Assembly: GCA_964016885.1 (NCBI GenBank)
Contig: CAXHJY010001027.1
Location: forward strand, 1-64,000
Source: Eledone cirrhosa
Lineage: Eukaryota
DNA: 64,000 nucleotides
Direction: 5' to 3'
The notes under the pieces are model-generated. The model saw only the letters and a program-made list of their open reading frames with translations, had not been told where the DNA came from and did no database searches. Below, one piece after another: positions 13,914-28,016 of the stretch. The position numbers and the translations under genes were made by a program. Each line of letters starts with the position of its first letter. The stretch's first letter is position 1.

Positions 13914-14459
13914 CTGAAATACTGTGTATGTAATACTGTGTGTGTATTCTGTGTGTGGATGTGTGTAGTGTGTGTGTATATATTGATGGGTGTATATATA
14001 TATATATATGTTTCTATCTACATTTCTAAGAGTGCATATACACTATTTCTAGAATGTATGTATATCAGTATTTATGTGTGTGGCTCCCTATGTACATAAA
14101 CATATATAAAGTCTTTTAGTCTCTCTCTCTCTTCTCTCTATTTCCCCTTATCTTCTCTCTCTCTCTCCGCTCTCAGTCTCTCTCCTTTCTCTCGCTCTTA
14201 AAACAAAGCTCAACAAAACCCTATAAGTTCCACAGCCAATCTAAGACCTGGGCACTAATGGTTAAATTAAATTAAATTATACTTCACTGATGAAGTCAAA
14301 TAAGACTTAAACGTGTCCAGAGTTGTCACTGCACTGCCAAAGATAAGACTAATTACCCCACCAAACTACCACTTCAAAATTCTATATTTCCACATAATAT
14401 TTCAGAGCTATAACCCCCTTTTCAAATGCAAAAACGAAAACAGTTTAAAACAAAAACCA

Positions 14460-14630
14460 ACGATCAATCTGTTCTTCCCGCCATTTTAAAATGGTCATTT
14501 TTTTTCTATTATAAAGCCAAAGCAGCTTCAGGAAGTTTGGTAAGGAGGGAGTTATGTTTGTAATTTGAATGGCGTCAAGTATTTTAACCAATCATAATCA
14601 CAAATTCCACCATAGCTTCCAACGTGACTA
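14460..14630 (-). promoter_or_regulatory. Candidate promoter/TSS region of the minus-strand gene
   Basis: Overlapping E2F-like TTCCCGCC and YY1-like CGCCATTTT (14475-14487) plus CCAAT (14588-14592), in unique sequence upstream of the exon chain. Confidence 0.35.
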
Positions 14631-14807
14631 GGACTGTACTATAATGTAGTGATGGTAGTGGTAGTAGTAGTGGTGGTGGTAGTGGTGGTAGTCGTAGTGG
14701 TAGTAGTACTAGTCATGGTGGTAGAGGTAGTAGTAGCAGCAGCAGTAGTAGTAGCAGCAGTAGTAGTGGTGGTGTGAGATATAAACCAGTGCTGTACAAT
14801 ATATATA

Positions 14808-14886
14808 CAGAGTGTCCCAAAAAATATATATACACACCTTGATTAGAATGTTGTTGAAGTGTGTATACATTTTTTGGGACACCCTA
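14808..14886. mobile_element. Tc1/mariner-type MITE
   Basis: Same TIRs as 6283-6360, TA-flanked. Confidence 0.85.
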
Positions 14887-15093
14887 TATATATATATATA
14901 TATAAATATATGTATATATGCATATACATATACATATACAGGCAGACACATATATATATAAATACATGTATATATACATATACATACATGCAGACGTATA
15001 TACACACACACACATATATATATATATATACACACACACATATATATATATACATATACACACATATATATATACACACACATATATATATAT

Positions 15094-15148
<55 letters not shown>

Positions 15149-15572
15149 CTTTGTATAAGAAGTTTTTTGCTGAATATTTTGTTTGTAAGATAAATGAATA
15201 ATTGTGTATACTTAGAGCAAATATATATAGAATTGAAATCTCTCTCATATATATATACGTGTATGTATGTATATGTATATATATATATGTATGTATATGT
15301 ATATATATATGTATATGCCTATATGTATTTGTATATATACATGTATATATGTAAGAATGAAATGTATGTATATATGTAAGAATGATATGTATGTATGTAT
15401 GTATGTATATATGTATGATATGTATGTATGTAAGTATGATATATATGTGTGTATATTATATATATATATATATATATGTTTGTTTATAAGTATATATATA
15501 TATATTTTTGCATATATGTGTGTTTGTATATGTTTGTATATATATATATACACACAAACATATATATGGAGA

Positions 15573-15643
<71 letters not shown>

Positions 15644-15884
15644 GTATATATCCCTGCACGTACTGAACATATATTTGTAAAAGAAAGTGAGTGAAACCAT
15701 TCAGTAAATTTCCCCGGCAGGCAGAAAACGGCAGATTTTGTGATAGAACAAACACTCACTGTTTATATATTGTAACTGAACAAAAAATATATTATAGCAT
15801 ATACAAACATATATATATTATCATATGTACTTATATATATATATATATATGACCATCATGTATATATATGTAAGTATATATATA

Positions 15885-15942
<58 letters not shown>

Positions 15943-16434
15943 TTTGTGTATGTAAGTAAATACATATGTATATATATATATATATATAAGTATATTTGTG
16001 TGTGTGTGCATTTATATGTATATATATATTTGTGTATATATACATATATATGCATGTGTTTATATATATATATATGTGTGTATATGAATATATATGTGTT
16101 TATATATAAGTATATATGTATATATATATATTTATGTGTGTGTGTGTATATATATATGTGTGTGTATGTATATATATATATATATATGCTATCATTATAT
16201 TGTTTATTAATATCAAATGGTGGGTTTTTTATTAAATGTGAATATTATGAAAAGCATTCATCCTTAACTTTTATCATAATTTCATTTGAGAAATATAAGC
16301 TGTGGAGCAATGTATGTTTAGGTGTGTTTATATATATGTGTGTGTGTATGTGTATATATGTATATAGATGTGTATGTGTATATGTTTGTGTATGTATACA
16401 TATATTTATCTATGTATATATCCATGTGTGTGTA

Positions 16435-16495
<61 letters not shown>

Positions 16496-17344
16496 GAGAT
16501 ACATGCTCATTCATACATTATACAAAAAAATTATGAATAAATAATATCTCCCACACACAATTACCAAAAAAAAACGAAAAAGATGGTAAAAATATGCACA
16601 AAAGAAGAAAAAGAAGTGAAGAAAAAGACAACAAAACAATAAATAATAAAAACAATAATAAAACTACTAATAAAGACAACAATAAAACTACTAATAAAGA
16701 CAACAATAATAAAACTACTAATAAATCCTGAGGAAGACAAGATGAAGAGAATGTTTGTTTTTGTTGGTAACAGTTTCATTTCTCACAGATCATAAAACTA
16801 AGGTTTGGACTTAGATTACAAAACTCTCTCTTAAGGAGAGAACAACAACAACTACAACACTTACAACAACAACACCAACAATAATAAATAACACAAACAA
16901 TTGTTTCATTCAGTATTGAGTGGTGGTTTAATAATCAACAGTAGCTGTGGTGTGGGGGGGGGACATTGTGTATTGGTGGAGGGGGGGGGGGTCCTTGTTG
17001 ATCTTCTGTCGTCTTCACCTTTTTCTTTGCATTCTTCTTTGCATTTTTCTTTGCCTTCTTCTTCTGTCAGAGTGGGGGTGTTCTCACTCTAAAGTACCCT
17101 CACCCCCACCAACTCAACTCAACTTAGTTTGAAGTCTAACCTAACCTGAACCTCCCAAACAAACCAAGTTAGTGTTTGGCACCAGATATGTTTATAGTAG
17201 TAAATTAGCTGAAATAATCATAGCCTAGTCTCACCCCAACAGATCTAACTCAACCATTTTTTTTTTCTTGTTACTGTTGCTTAAATTTACATTACATTTG
17301 CTAACTCAACAATGCTGAGGTTGATTTTGCAAATGTATATGTTT

Positions 17345-17674
17345 ATATATATGTATGTAAAAGATAAACAGAATTAACAACACAATCAGTACAGTATATA
17401 GAAGGGATATATTAGGTTAACGCTTGATATAGCAGGAAGAGGGTCTTAACGTTTCGGATGTTAGTCCTTCATCAGAAGAAAGAATGAGAAATAAGATAGA
17501 TTGAGGGGACGGGCGAGTTGGAATTGGAAAAAATATCTTTAGATAAAAATAACAGGTCCACTCATGTTGACATCTCTTGCAAAACTGTTGGTGCTGGCGT
17601 TTTGTGTATGATTTACTTTTTAGAAAAGTGGATGATGGAGCGCGTCTACCTGAAATGGAAAAAGAACCGTTTTG

Positions 17675-17675
<1 letters not shown>
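17345..17675 (-). mobile_element. Penelope-like pLTR-type non-autonomous element with HHR (family H1)
   Basis: Near-identical reverse complement of 54600-54838 and homologous to 59712-59990. TA-repeat flanks; HHR at 17444-17479. Confidence 0.75.
17444..17479 (-). ncRNA. Minimal type I hammerhead ribozyme
   Basis: TCTT-CTGATGA-a-GGA(ctaaca)TCC-GAA-ACGT-T-AAGA: stem I TCTT/AAGA, palindromic stem III ACGT. Confidence 0.7.
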
Positions 17676-17709
<34 letters not shown>

Positions 17710-17762
17710 GTGTGTGTGTGGTTAAAAAATAAAACAAGTCAGGTTTAGTAGTCTCCCGTTCA

Positions 17763-17872
17763 TTGTTTTACGATCTTTTCAGAGGATTGATCAATGCAGG
17801 TCGCTAGTGGAGTCAGGTCCATAACTCCTATGGGCCACCTTGAGCCAATCCTCAGTGAAACACCTGTAACAG
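17763..17872 (+). ncRNA. Degenerate hammerhead with long stem II
   Basis: ttgt-TTTACGA-...GAGGATTGaTCAA...TTGAgcCAATCCTC-agt-GAA-ACA(cc)TGT-A-acag. Core has two substitutions from CTGACGA. Confidence 0.4.
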
Positions 17873-18230
17873 GTTGAAATGCAATATATATTTCTCATGT
17901 GTAAACGAAACTTCCTCGTTTTGTTTTCTATTATATACACTCTGCCTGTGCATAGAGTGCTTGATAAGGTACCAACACGAGTATTTCACCATACTACCCT
18001 CAATATATATATATATATGATGCGAGAAAAACCACAAACCTTCCATTTCAAATCTACTTTTACCATAAGAACTGTGAAACCAGTAAAGGAAACAAATAAG
18101 TATTCTTAAAAAGACTCCAGTTGCATTTTGGATTTCATCTTTTTTCCTTATTACTTTCACTCCTGTAGGACATCTCTTTTTTTTTTTTTTCATTTTGAAA
18201 AAAACCCTCATTTTCTTATATATATATGTA

Positions 18231-18577
18231 TCATCATCATCATCATCATTTCATTTTACGTCCGCTTTTTCCCTGCTTGCAAGGGTGGGACGGGAACTGA
18301 TGCTGGCTTGATTTCTACAGCTGGATGCCCTTCCTAACACCAACCTCATTTACAGTGAGTGCTGGGTGCTTTTTTGCCGTGGCACCTCCACGACCACTTT
18401 GCAGTGGAATGATAGGGATCCCAGTCCCTATCATCTCATTTCTACAGCTGAGTAAACTGGAGCAATGTGAAATAAAGTGTCTTGCTCAAGGAAACAACAC
18501 ATCACCCGGTCTGAGAATTGAACTCACAATCTTTCGATTGCAAGCCCAATGCTCTAACCACTAAGCCATGTGCCTCC
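18231..18577 (-). mobile_element. Full-length tRNA-derived SINE, family A (CORE-like centre, RTE-derived tail)
   Basis: A/B boxes, ccttgagcaagacacttt core and cccacccttgcaagcagggaaaagcggacgtaaaa(tga)n tail. Confidence 0.92.
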
Positions 18578-18590
18578 ATTGTATATATAT

Positions 18591-18730
18591 ATAGGGGAAA
18601 AGTCAGGACCCCAACGGCTGAGCTCCGGCTGTTTCGACAGGTAGATCCGAACTAACTGTCGAAAAACAGCCAGAGCTCGGCCGTAGGGGTCACGGTCCAC
18701 CTGGTTTATTACCACACCTTCTTTATTATA
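18591..18730. mobile_element. Penelope-like/retrozyme-type element, fold-back centred on an HHR-like stem II
   Basis: Imperfect palindrome 18607-18691 with axis gacag...ctgtc followed by GAAA on both strands. Same family as 3591-3755. Confidence 0.6.
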
Positions 18731-19003
18731 TATATATATATATATATAAGGGCGGTGCCCCAGCATGGCCTCAGCCGGATGGCTGAAACAGGTAAAAGAG
18801 TAAAAGAGTATATATATATATCATCATCATCATCATCATATGTCCGCCTTTCCCTGCTTGCAAGGGTGGGACATATATATATATATATCTATATTCTAAA
18901 ACACAACAGTTTCAAATATGTCCTTCTCTTCTCTCCCACCACTCTAAGCTGTCTTTTAAAATAATTTTTACTCTCTTTCTCAGTAAGAATATCAAATAAC
19001 AAC

Positions 19004-19038
<35 letters not shown>

Positions 19039-19201
19039 CAACAACAACAACAATAATGATAATAATATACAACAAAAGAAAATCCTGATTTAATAATACA
19101 TTATCAGGCATGTCTGTAATATTTCATGGACTCAACAACAACAACAACATTAAATTATAAATATATATATGTACATGTGTGTGTATAGATTGATATGTAT
19201 G

Positions 19202-19239
<38 letters not shown>

Positions 19240-19317
19240 TATGTATGTATGTGTGTGTGTCTGTGAATGCATGTGTGTATATATGTGAATATATAAATGT
19301 GTGGTTATATATGAATA

Positions 19318-19359
<42 letters not shown>

Positions 19360-19385
19360 TATTCATATATATATATGTATATATA

Positions 19386-19427
<42 letters not shown>

Positions 19428-19523
19428 CACACATACATATTCATATATATATGTATATATATATACATACACACATACATATTTATATATGTATATATAT
19501 ATATGTGTGTGTGTGTATATATA

Positions 19524-19557
<34 letters not shown>

Positions 19558-19667
19558 CATATATGTGTGTGTATATATATGTGTGTGTGTATATGTGTGT
19601 ATATACATATATGTGTGTGTATATATATGTGTGTGTGTATATATATGTGTGTGTGTGTATATATATA

Positions 19668-19756
<89 letters not shown>

Positions 19757-19791
19757 GTGTGTATATATATATATATGTGTGTATATATATA

Positions 19792-19822
<31 letters not shown>

Positions 19823-19835
19823 GTGTGTGTATATA

Positions 19836-19898
19836 TTATGTATGTATATAATGTATTCCTGACATTTTCATTTCTAAATTAGATTTCAAAAATTGAAC
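19836..19898 (-). other. Candidate exon after a strong acceptor ([20 protein letters not shown] or GSIFEI*)
   Basis: Acceptor tttcttctgtcttcag. A possible upstream 20-nt exon at 22269-22288 has a GTGAGT donor. No recognisable homology. Confidence 0.2.
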
Positions 19899-19949
19899 CT
19901 GAAGACAGAAGAAATTAAATATGATAAATGTATCTCATTTTTTATCAGT

Positions 19950-20850
19950 CACCATCACCATCACTACCATCACCATCACCACCACCATCACCTTCACCAC
20001 CATTACCACCATCATCACCATCACCACCATCAACACCATCACCATCACCACCATCATCACCACCATCACCTTCACTACCATCACCATCACCACCATCACC
20101 ATCACCACCATCATCACCACCATCACCTTCACTACCATCACCATCAACACCATCACCATCACCACCATCATCACCACCATCACCTTCACCACCATTACCA
20201 CCACCACCATCATCACCATCAACACCATCACCACCATCAACACCATCACCACCATCAACACCATCACCATCACCACCATCATCACCACCATCACCTTCAC
20301 CACCATTACCACCACCACCATCATCACTACCATCACCATCACCACCATCACCATCACCACCATCATCACCATCAACACCATCACCATCACCACCATCATC
20401 ATCACCATCACTACCACCACCATCACCACCACCACCATCACCACCATCACCATCACCACCATCACCACCATCACCACCACCACCACCATCACCACCATCA
20501 TCATCATCACTACCATCACCACCATCACCACCACCACCATCACCACCATCACCATCATCACCATCATAGTCACCACCATCACCATCACACCATCATCACC
20601 ATCACCATCACCATCACCATCACTACCATCATCATCACCATCATCATCATCATCACCATCACCACCATCACCATCACCGCCATCACCATCACCACCACCA
20701 CCATCATCACCACCATCACCACCATCACCATCGCCACCATCAACACTATCACCACCACCATCACCATCACCACCATCACCACCATCACCATCACCACCAT
20801 CAACACTATCACCACCACCATCACCACCATCACCATCATCACCATCACTA
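19950..20850. repeat. (CAC/CAT)n mosaic
   Basis: Direct inspection; source of the poly-His ORF. Confidence 0.95.
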
Positions 20851-20959
20851 CTGTTATTGTTATTTTTTTTTTAATTTCATGTCTTAATTGATTTTCCTCA
20901 GACTTCCCGAAAGCAGATTAATTCTACTCTAACATCTTCTTGTTTTGTCTTCATACTTA

Positions 20960-20999
<40 letters not shown>

Positions 21000-21403
21000 C
21001 CTCCCTCCCTCTCCTTTCTCCCACCTTCCTCTCTCTATCACTCTCTCTCTATATATATATATCTATATATCTATGTGTCTGTGTGTATATATGTATGTGT
21101 GTGCGGGTATGTATATACATGTGTGTGTGTGCAAATCCTATATACATACACACACCTACATACATATATAGGTAGCAAGTGAACTCCCCCCCCCCCCTCC
21201 TCCACAATAACCTGGGAATTGATGCCAATATAGAAATAGTAAAAGTTAAAATACTAAAATATTGTATTGGTAACTCTTTTGTTTCACTGATTTTTGCTAT
21301 AACTTATTGGTATTAATACTACTACTGTTGCTACTGCTACTACTACTACTTTTACTACTACTACTAGGCTGTGAATTAGAACGTCAGATAGAATACTCTA
21401 TAA

Positions 21404-21692
21404 CAGGGTTTCTCAACCTTTTTTTCGCTGTGGACCACCAAAATAAGTATTTTTTTTCCTGTGGACCACCTAAACTTTTAAATCTTTTGTAATAGAATGC
21501 TACTTATAAGCATCAGTAGATGTTTTTTTTTCAATGAATTAGAAAATGCTATTATCATGTCGCAGTGCCTAAAAATCTACGCAAATAAACAGCTGAAGTC
21601 GTACTTATGCGAAGAATAAGAACAACGCCTTAAGTCAAATGCATGGATCAAAAAAGAATTTGCTATTGAAAATTTTCTGTGGATCACCTGCC
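21404..21692 (+). mobile_element. hAT (Charlie-like) MITE fragment
   Basis: Begins CAGGGTTTCTCAACCTTTTT after ctctataa, with repeated ctgtggaccacc subterminal motifs. Right end lost in the following satellite. Confidence 0.6.
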
Positions 21693-22222
21693 GTATAGTA
21701 TAGTATAGTTAGTAGAATATAGTACTGTAGTATAGTATAGTTAGTAGAATATAGTAGTGTAGTATAGTATAGTTAGTAGAATATAGTAGTGAAGTACAAT
21801 ATAGTATAGTATAGTATAGTATAATATAGTAGTGTAGTATAGTACAGAATAGTTAGTAGAATATAGTAGTGTAGTATAGTACAGAATAGTTAGTAGAATA
21901 TAGTAGTGTAGTATAGTATAGTTAGTAGAATATAGTAGTGTAGTATAGTACAGAATAGTTAGTAGAATATAGTAGTGTAGTATAGTACAGAATAGTTAGT
22001 AGAATATAGTAGTGTAGTATAGTACAGTTAGTAGAATATAGTAGTGTAGTATAGTACAGAATAGTTAGTAGAATATAGTAGTGTAGTATAGTATAGTTAG
22101 TAGAATATAGTAGTGTAGTATAGTACAGTTAGTAGAATATAGTAGTGTAGTATAGTACAGAATAGTTAGTAGAATATAGTGTAGTATAGTATAGTTAGTA
22201 GAATATAGTAGTGTAGTATAGT
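21693..22222. repeat. TAG-rich minisatellite (about 32-37 bp units)
   Basis: tagtagtgtagtatagtacagaatagttagtagaata and variants. Confidence 0.95.
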
Positions 22223-22510
22223 AAGTTTTTTAGTGAGAGACAAGAGAAACCATTAAATGGTAACTCACCATATCTAAAACAGTTTTATCTATAACACTTT
22301 AGTCAATAGTTTTATCCAAAATATGACATTAATATGTTGTTGTTGTTGTTGTTTGAGCGGGGAGGGGACTGGAGGGTTTAAATGTGTGTGTGTGTCTGCA
22401 TTTGTCTATATAGGTTTGTGTGCCTCTGTGTGTGCGTGTGTCCATGTGTGTGTGTCTGCATTTGTCAATATAAGTTTGTGTGTCCGTGTGTGTGTGTATC
22501 ATCATCATAA

Positions 22511-22542
<32 letters not shown>

Positions 22543-23003
22543 AAGTATGTATGTGTTTATCATAAAGCAACCAAACCATTTTCTCCCTAGTTTTTCCTCA
22601 AAGAATCTAACTTATTTTAGATTTCATTCCTCATTGATAAACAATCAATTTAATGTTCTCTTTTATTCTAAATATGCTGTGGGAAGGGAGGTGAGGTGCG
22701 CGGGAGGGGGGGGGGGGGTTAGGTGCGGGAACTGGGGGGCTGAGAAAGATTTTTACCAAACCTTATGAAGTACAATAGACAAAATATATGTGTGGTTGTG
22801 TGTGTGTGTATATGTATATGTGTATGTATGTGTGTGTATATATATGTATGTGTGTGTGTTTATATATGTATGTGTATGTATGTATAAATATATATATATG
22901 TATATATATATGCACACACATACTCAAATAAAATAAAAAGCATATATAAATATATATATATATATATATACACATATTTATTTATATATATATATAATGA
23001 TGA

Positions 23004-23034
<31 letters not shown>

Positions 23035-23077
23035 CTTATATATTTATTTATATATATATATATACACATATATATTC

Positions 23078-23116
<39 letters not shown>

Positions 23117-24801
23117 TATTCATTTATATATATATACATATATTTATATATATACATTTATATATATATATATATATCTTGGCAAGTTAATGGCCTTGAA
23201 CGTGTTTCTTACGACTAATAAATGCCATACATATATGGTAACAATGGAGTTTGTCACAGACAATAGTTGATTCCATCAAAGTCAACCCTTCTCTTTGATC
23301 CGCTATCACTAAATATATTTTCACACAGATCTCTCTTTGAGTGTCGTTAAACAGAAATATTATGCCCTCGTTTTATCTCCTAATAGCTCCGATGTTGAAG
23401 AACAGTTTTTGAAAATTTTAGAAAAATAGCTTCCTATGTGATTTAGAATTTTCGTTTTTGTTGCTCCATTTTTCTTAGTTTTTTTTTTTTCTTTCTTTGT
23501 GGGTTCTGGTGGGGTGGCTGTGGGGTTTTGTGGGTGCATATGAGTGCCTAGGTAGGTGTTTTCAATTGTATATATGGTGGCTTGTGTTTACTGTTCAACT
23601 TGTGTGGTTAACATTGTAGGTTCTTTCAGCTTCATAGCTAGCTAAAGCCTGTGTGTATGTATTTATATGTATATATATATGTGTGTGTGTATATATGTAT
23701 ATATATTTGTATATATATGTATATATATATATATGTATATATTTGTATATATATATATGTATATATATTTGTATATATATATATATATATGTGTGCGTGT
23801 GTTTTCAGTAAATAATTACACTATTACCCCTTTCGTTACTATAATTCTAATGAAAGACACAGTTTATGATTTTTCAAATAATTTTTTTTAAATAATAAAG
23901 AATCTGTTTATGTCTGCATAATTTAACAAAGGTTTTTACATAAAATAATGGTGGAAAGTTTTAAATAAGTTTAAGCAGAAAATAATGAATTGACTTTTGC
24001 AATCCATTTTATGAATGATAAAGTAGAAAATCAAACTTTCCAGTTGTTGTCTTCCTTGACTCTTTTGAATTACCTTCACAGAAAATAGTGCATTGAGTAG
24101 TGACCTCTAACCTCAGAGAACATAGCACATTGACTCTGGTGGAGTAATTTCACAGAAAGTAGTGCACTGAGGCTGTAAAGGAGTGAACTCACAGAAAATA
24201 GTGCATTGACTCCAGTGGAATAATTTCAAAGAAAGTAGTGCAGTGAGTCTGACAGGAAGTATTGATTCCAGTGGAGTAGTTCGATACTCATCTTTCTCCA
24301 TTTCTTTGGGGGTTCTAAACCCCACTATCAGGCTAAATTGTCTTTAGTCTTAAATACAGCTTAACTCTGTATTGTTAAAATAATGACATATTTTGTAAGA
24401 TTACCAGTTCTAAAGACCTATTTCTTTATAAAATGCCAACCAAATAGTTATTTAAGTTTAACTTCTTTATAAAATGCCAAATAGATTTTATTTTTATTTT
24501 TTCTATTAAGTTTCACTTTTTTTTATAAAATGCCAAATAGTTTGAATTTTTTTTTTAATTTTTTCTTTGATTTTGATTTTTTTTTCTATTTACTAACCTT
24601 TCGTTTATATATTTATTTATTATATATAATTGCTAAGACAATAATAATAATCTACAGAATTAAATGTTTCCTTTTAAAATATTTTAAATACTAGTTTTAT
24701 TTACTGAGTTAAGTGTATGAAACCTCTAATTACACATAATCATTCCTCATTAAAGTTGCTTGCTTGTCTTATAGTTTAAACTAGCCACTTTTTCTAGTGA
24801 C

Positions 24802-24839
<38 letters not shown>

Positions 24840-25584
24840 ATGTGTGTGTGTGTTTTTATATTTATTATTATTATTATTTCTATAAAATTACGTTGCTGAC
24901 ATTTTCCATAAGTGTACGTATGATTTCCTTTGTGAAGGCAAACATGGCATGGTTAGGATGTTTGGCTCACAGTTGTGAGGTTGTGAGTTTGATTCCTAGA
25001 GTTCTGAGTTCACCAAGGTTAGCTTTGCTTTTCATCCTCACTGGTTCGAAAGTATCCTACATTCAATAGAGCAGAATATAACTTTAAATATATTTATTTG
25101 CTATTTCTAGCAAGTTGAGTGACTTTCTAGAGAGGCTCTCACCTGTTTCGTTTATTATTAGTTATTCATTTCCTAATTAACATTTGCTAATGAATAATGT
25201 AAGACTTCTTTTTTTTTTTTACAAGAATATTTTGGATTTTCAGCAGTTTCTTTCTTTTTTTTTCTCACCAGAAATCTAAAAATGTTTCCTGTTATTTCCC
25301 CTCGAGAATATCTACATATTACATTTTTACATCTTTATATCTTTACATCTTTATATTTTTACATCTTTATATCTTTACATCTTTATATCTTTACATCTTT
25401 ATATCTTTACATCTTTACTTTTTTCTTTCAATGGCCATGCTACGTTAAATGGAAGATTTAACATTATCTGTTCTGGAGAAGTAAATCTTCTCTTCAATTC
25501 AGCATCACACATGTAACATGAATTAACCATCTTTCAATGGCCATGCCACCATCTTCTTCTAACTGCCCCTTCATTCTATTATAT

Positions 25585-25880
25585 AATGGTTTCTACTAGT
25601 GGCACAAGGCCAGCAATGACTCCAGTGTATTACTGGTACTTTATGTTATCGGCCCCGTAAGGATGAAAGGCAAAGTAAACCACGGCGGGATTTGAACTCA
25701 GAATGGCAAGGGCCATAACTCTATGCATCAAAGCATGGCGTCCGACTCTCTACCGATACTGCCAATCCACTGCCTATTATATAATTGTGTCTACTTTTGG
25801 CACAAGGCCAGCAATTACCCCAGTGTATTACTGGTACTTTATTTTATCGACCCCCTTAAGGATGAAAGGCAAAGTTAACC
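25585..25880 (-). mobile_element. Two tandem SINE family B copies, the first retaining tRNA-like head sequence
   Basis: B-box complement ggatttgaactc and the family B central domain. Confidence 0.85.
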
Positions 25881-25933
25881 TGTTATATAATACAAAGATG
25901 CTTGTTTTAAACTGTCTGTTATCGCTGTCATCG

Positions 25934-25965
<32 letters not shown>

Positions 25966-27242
25966 TGGGCTAGGTGCTTTTTAACATGGCATAAAAATGA
26001 CCACCTTACAGAGTGGACGGGGACTTTTTGTTGTGTCACCAGCATGACCACCTTACAGAGTGGACTGTTTATATTTATCTAAAAACCTTCCATCCTGATT
26101 TTATATAAGGACCTACATTAAGTTATGTTCCAAACAGCAGCTTAATGACCTTAATAACAATTAGGTTAGTTTACATTATTTTCACCTACTAGAACCGTAG
26201 GTTATGTCTTTCATGAGAAATATGGCCACAAAATGATGAGATATTGCAGGAATGATAAAACTTGAGTTAGCTTCATTTATAATGATCAGCTCTGAATGTA
26301 TAGACACACACACACATTCACACATTCACACACATTGATACACACACATTCACACACACATTCATGCACACATTCATGCACACACATTCATACACACACA
26401 ATCACACACACACACACATTCACACACACACATTCACACACACACACATTCACACACATTCATACATGCCAACACATATACATGCAATTCTATCACTGAT
26501 CATTCAGAATGGCTTGAGTCGGTGCCAACTCTAACAAAATATGTGTGTGTGTAAGTATATATATGTATATACACATACATATATGTGTGTAAGTGTGTGT
26601 AAGTATATATATGTATGTACACATACATATATGTGTGTGTGTGCTTCTTTTTTCTTCGTTTGGTTGACACCAAATTCCTGAAGGTTTTTTGCACATTTAC
26701 ACACTGACATATATATATACATACATACATACACATACACATACAAACACATACACAAACATATATACACACAGACACATAGACAAACTGAGACACACAC
26801 AGACACAAACACACACAAACACAGACAAACACACATACACACACAAACACACATACAGACACTCACACAAACACATACGTTCATACACACAGACACCCAC
26901 CCACCCACACATACACACACACACACACACAGACACACACCCACACCCACCCACACATACACACACCCATATATAAAATGTTTCTACATTTGGCTCTAGT
27001 TTTCAGCAGTGGGTGTCAGCTAAACTGAAATATTTCAAATAATTAGAATATTTTCCTAAAAACATCTTAATAAGTCATCATTAAACTGATAAACTATTTC
27101 ATGTTGTCACGGAAATTTATAATCATTATATATATATCAAATCCCGCCGAGGTTGACTTTGCCTTTCATCCTTACGGGGTCGATAAAATAAAGTACCAGT
27201 AATGCACTGGGTAATTGCTGGCCTTGTGCCTAAAGTAGAAAC

Positions 27243-27294
<52 letters not shown>

Positions 27295-27419
27295 CATGCC
27301 AACACAAGAGCAAGAATGAAGTGTTCATTCTACTGACATGGCTATAAAATTGAGGCTTGTTTGCATAATTGCAAATGAATCGAATGTTATTATTAGTATT
27401 CGAAAAACTCAAAATATAT

Positions 27420-27450
<31 letters not shown>

Positions 27451-27670
27451 TAAAGTGTTAACTTTAATATATATATATTAAAGTCTAACCCATGCTAGCG
27501 TGGAAGAACGGACGTAAAACGGTGATGATGATGTTAAACGATATTCAATGATTATGTCAAAGAAAGAGTTTTACAGTAGATTGGAAGCACTCTACAGTAA
27601 AATAATTTTCTGGAGTTATTAATGTTAAAATATAAATATTAATAAAATAGATGTTCTTTTGATCAATTAC

Positions 27671-27723
27671 ATTTTATTATATATATTTCGAATGTGCAAC
27701 AGTACGTCCTCATCAGACAAAAT
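27671..27723 (-). ncRNA. Type I hammerhead ribozyme
   Basis: ATTTTGT-CTGATGA-GGACGTAC(tgtt)GCACATTC-GAA-ATATATAT-A-ATAAAAT. A 3' fragment of the same family lies at about 845-900. Confidence 0.7.
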
Positions 27724-27796
27724 ATAATGATACATAACATAACCTGGGATGTTAAATGGTTAAGATTTAATCAAGGTATATATATATATATGTATA

Positions 27797-28016
27797 TATA
27801 TATAATTGTTTCTACTTTTGGCACAAGGCCAGCAATTACCCCAGTGTATTACTGGTACTTTATTTTATCGACCCCATAAGGATGAAAGGCAAAGTTAACT
27901 TTGACGGGGTTTGTTAACTTTGCCTTTCATCCTTACGGGATTGATAAAATAAAGTACCAGTAATACACTGAGATAATTGCTGGCCTTGTGCCAAAAGTAG
28001 AAACAATTATATATAT
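27797..28016. repeat. Inverted pair of SINE family B 3' halves (about 100-bp arms, 13-nt spacer)
   Basis: 27797-27899 is the near-perfect reverse complement of 27913-28016. Confidence 0.9.

Noticed and set aside
14287-14322. CTGATGA-AGTC(aaataa)GACT-TAAAC-GT-GTC hammerhead-like motif
   Set aside because: TAAA instead of GAAA and stem I does not pair; at best an old remnant.
16900-17090. Minus-strand open frame SENTPTLTEEEGKEKCKEECKEK...
   Set aside because: Low complexity, weak acceptor and no recognisable homology.
23190-23290. Minus-strand TTGATGG...GAAACACGTT with internal hairpins
   Set aside because: The core has two mismatches and the stem I register is inconsistent.
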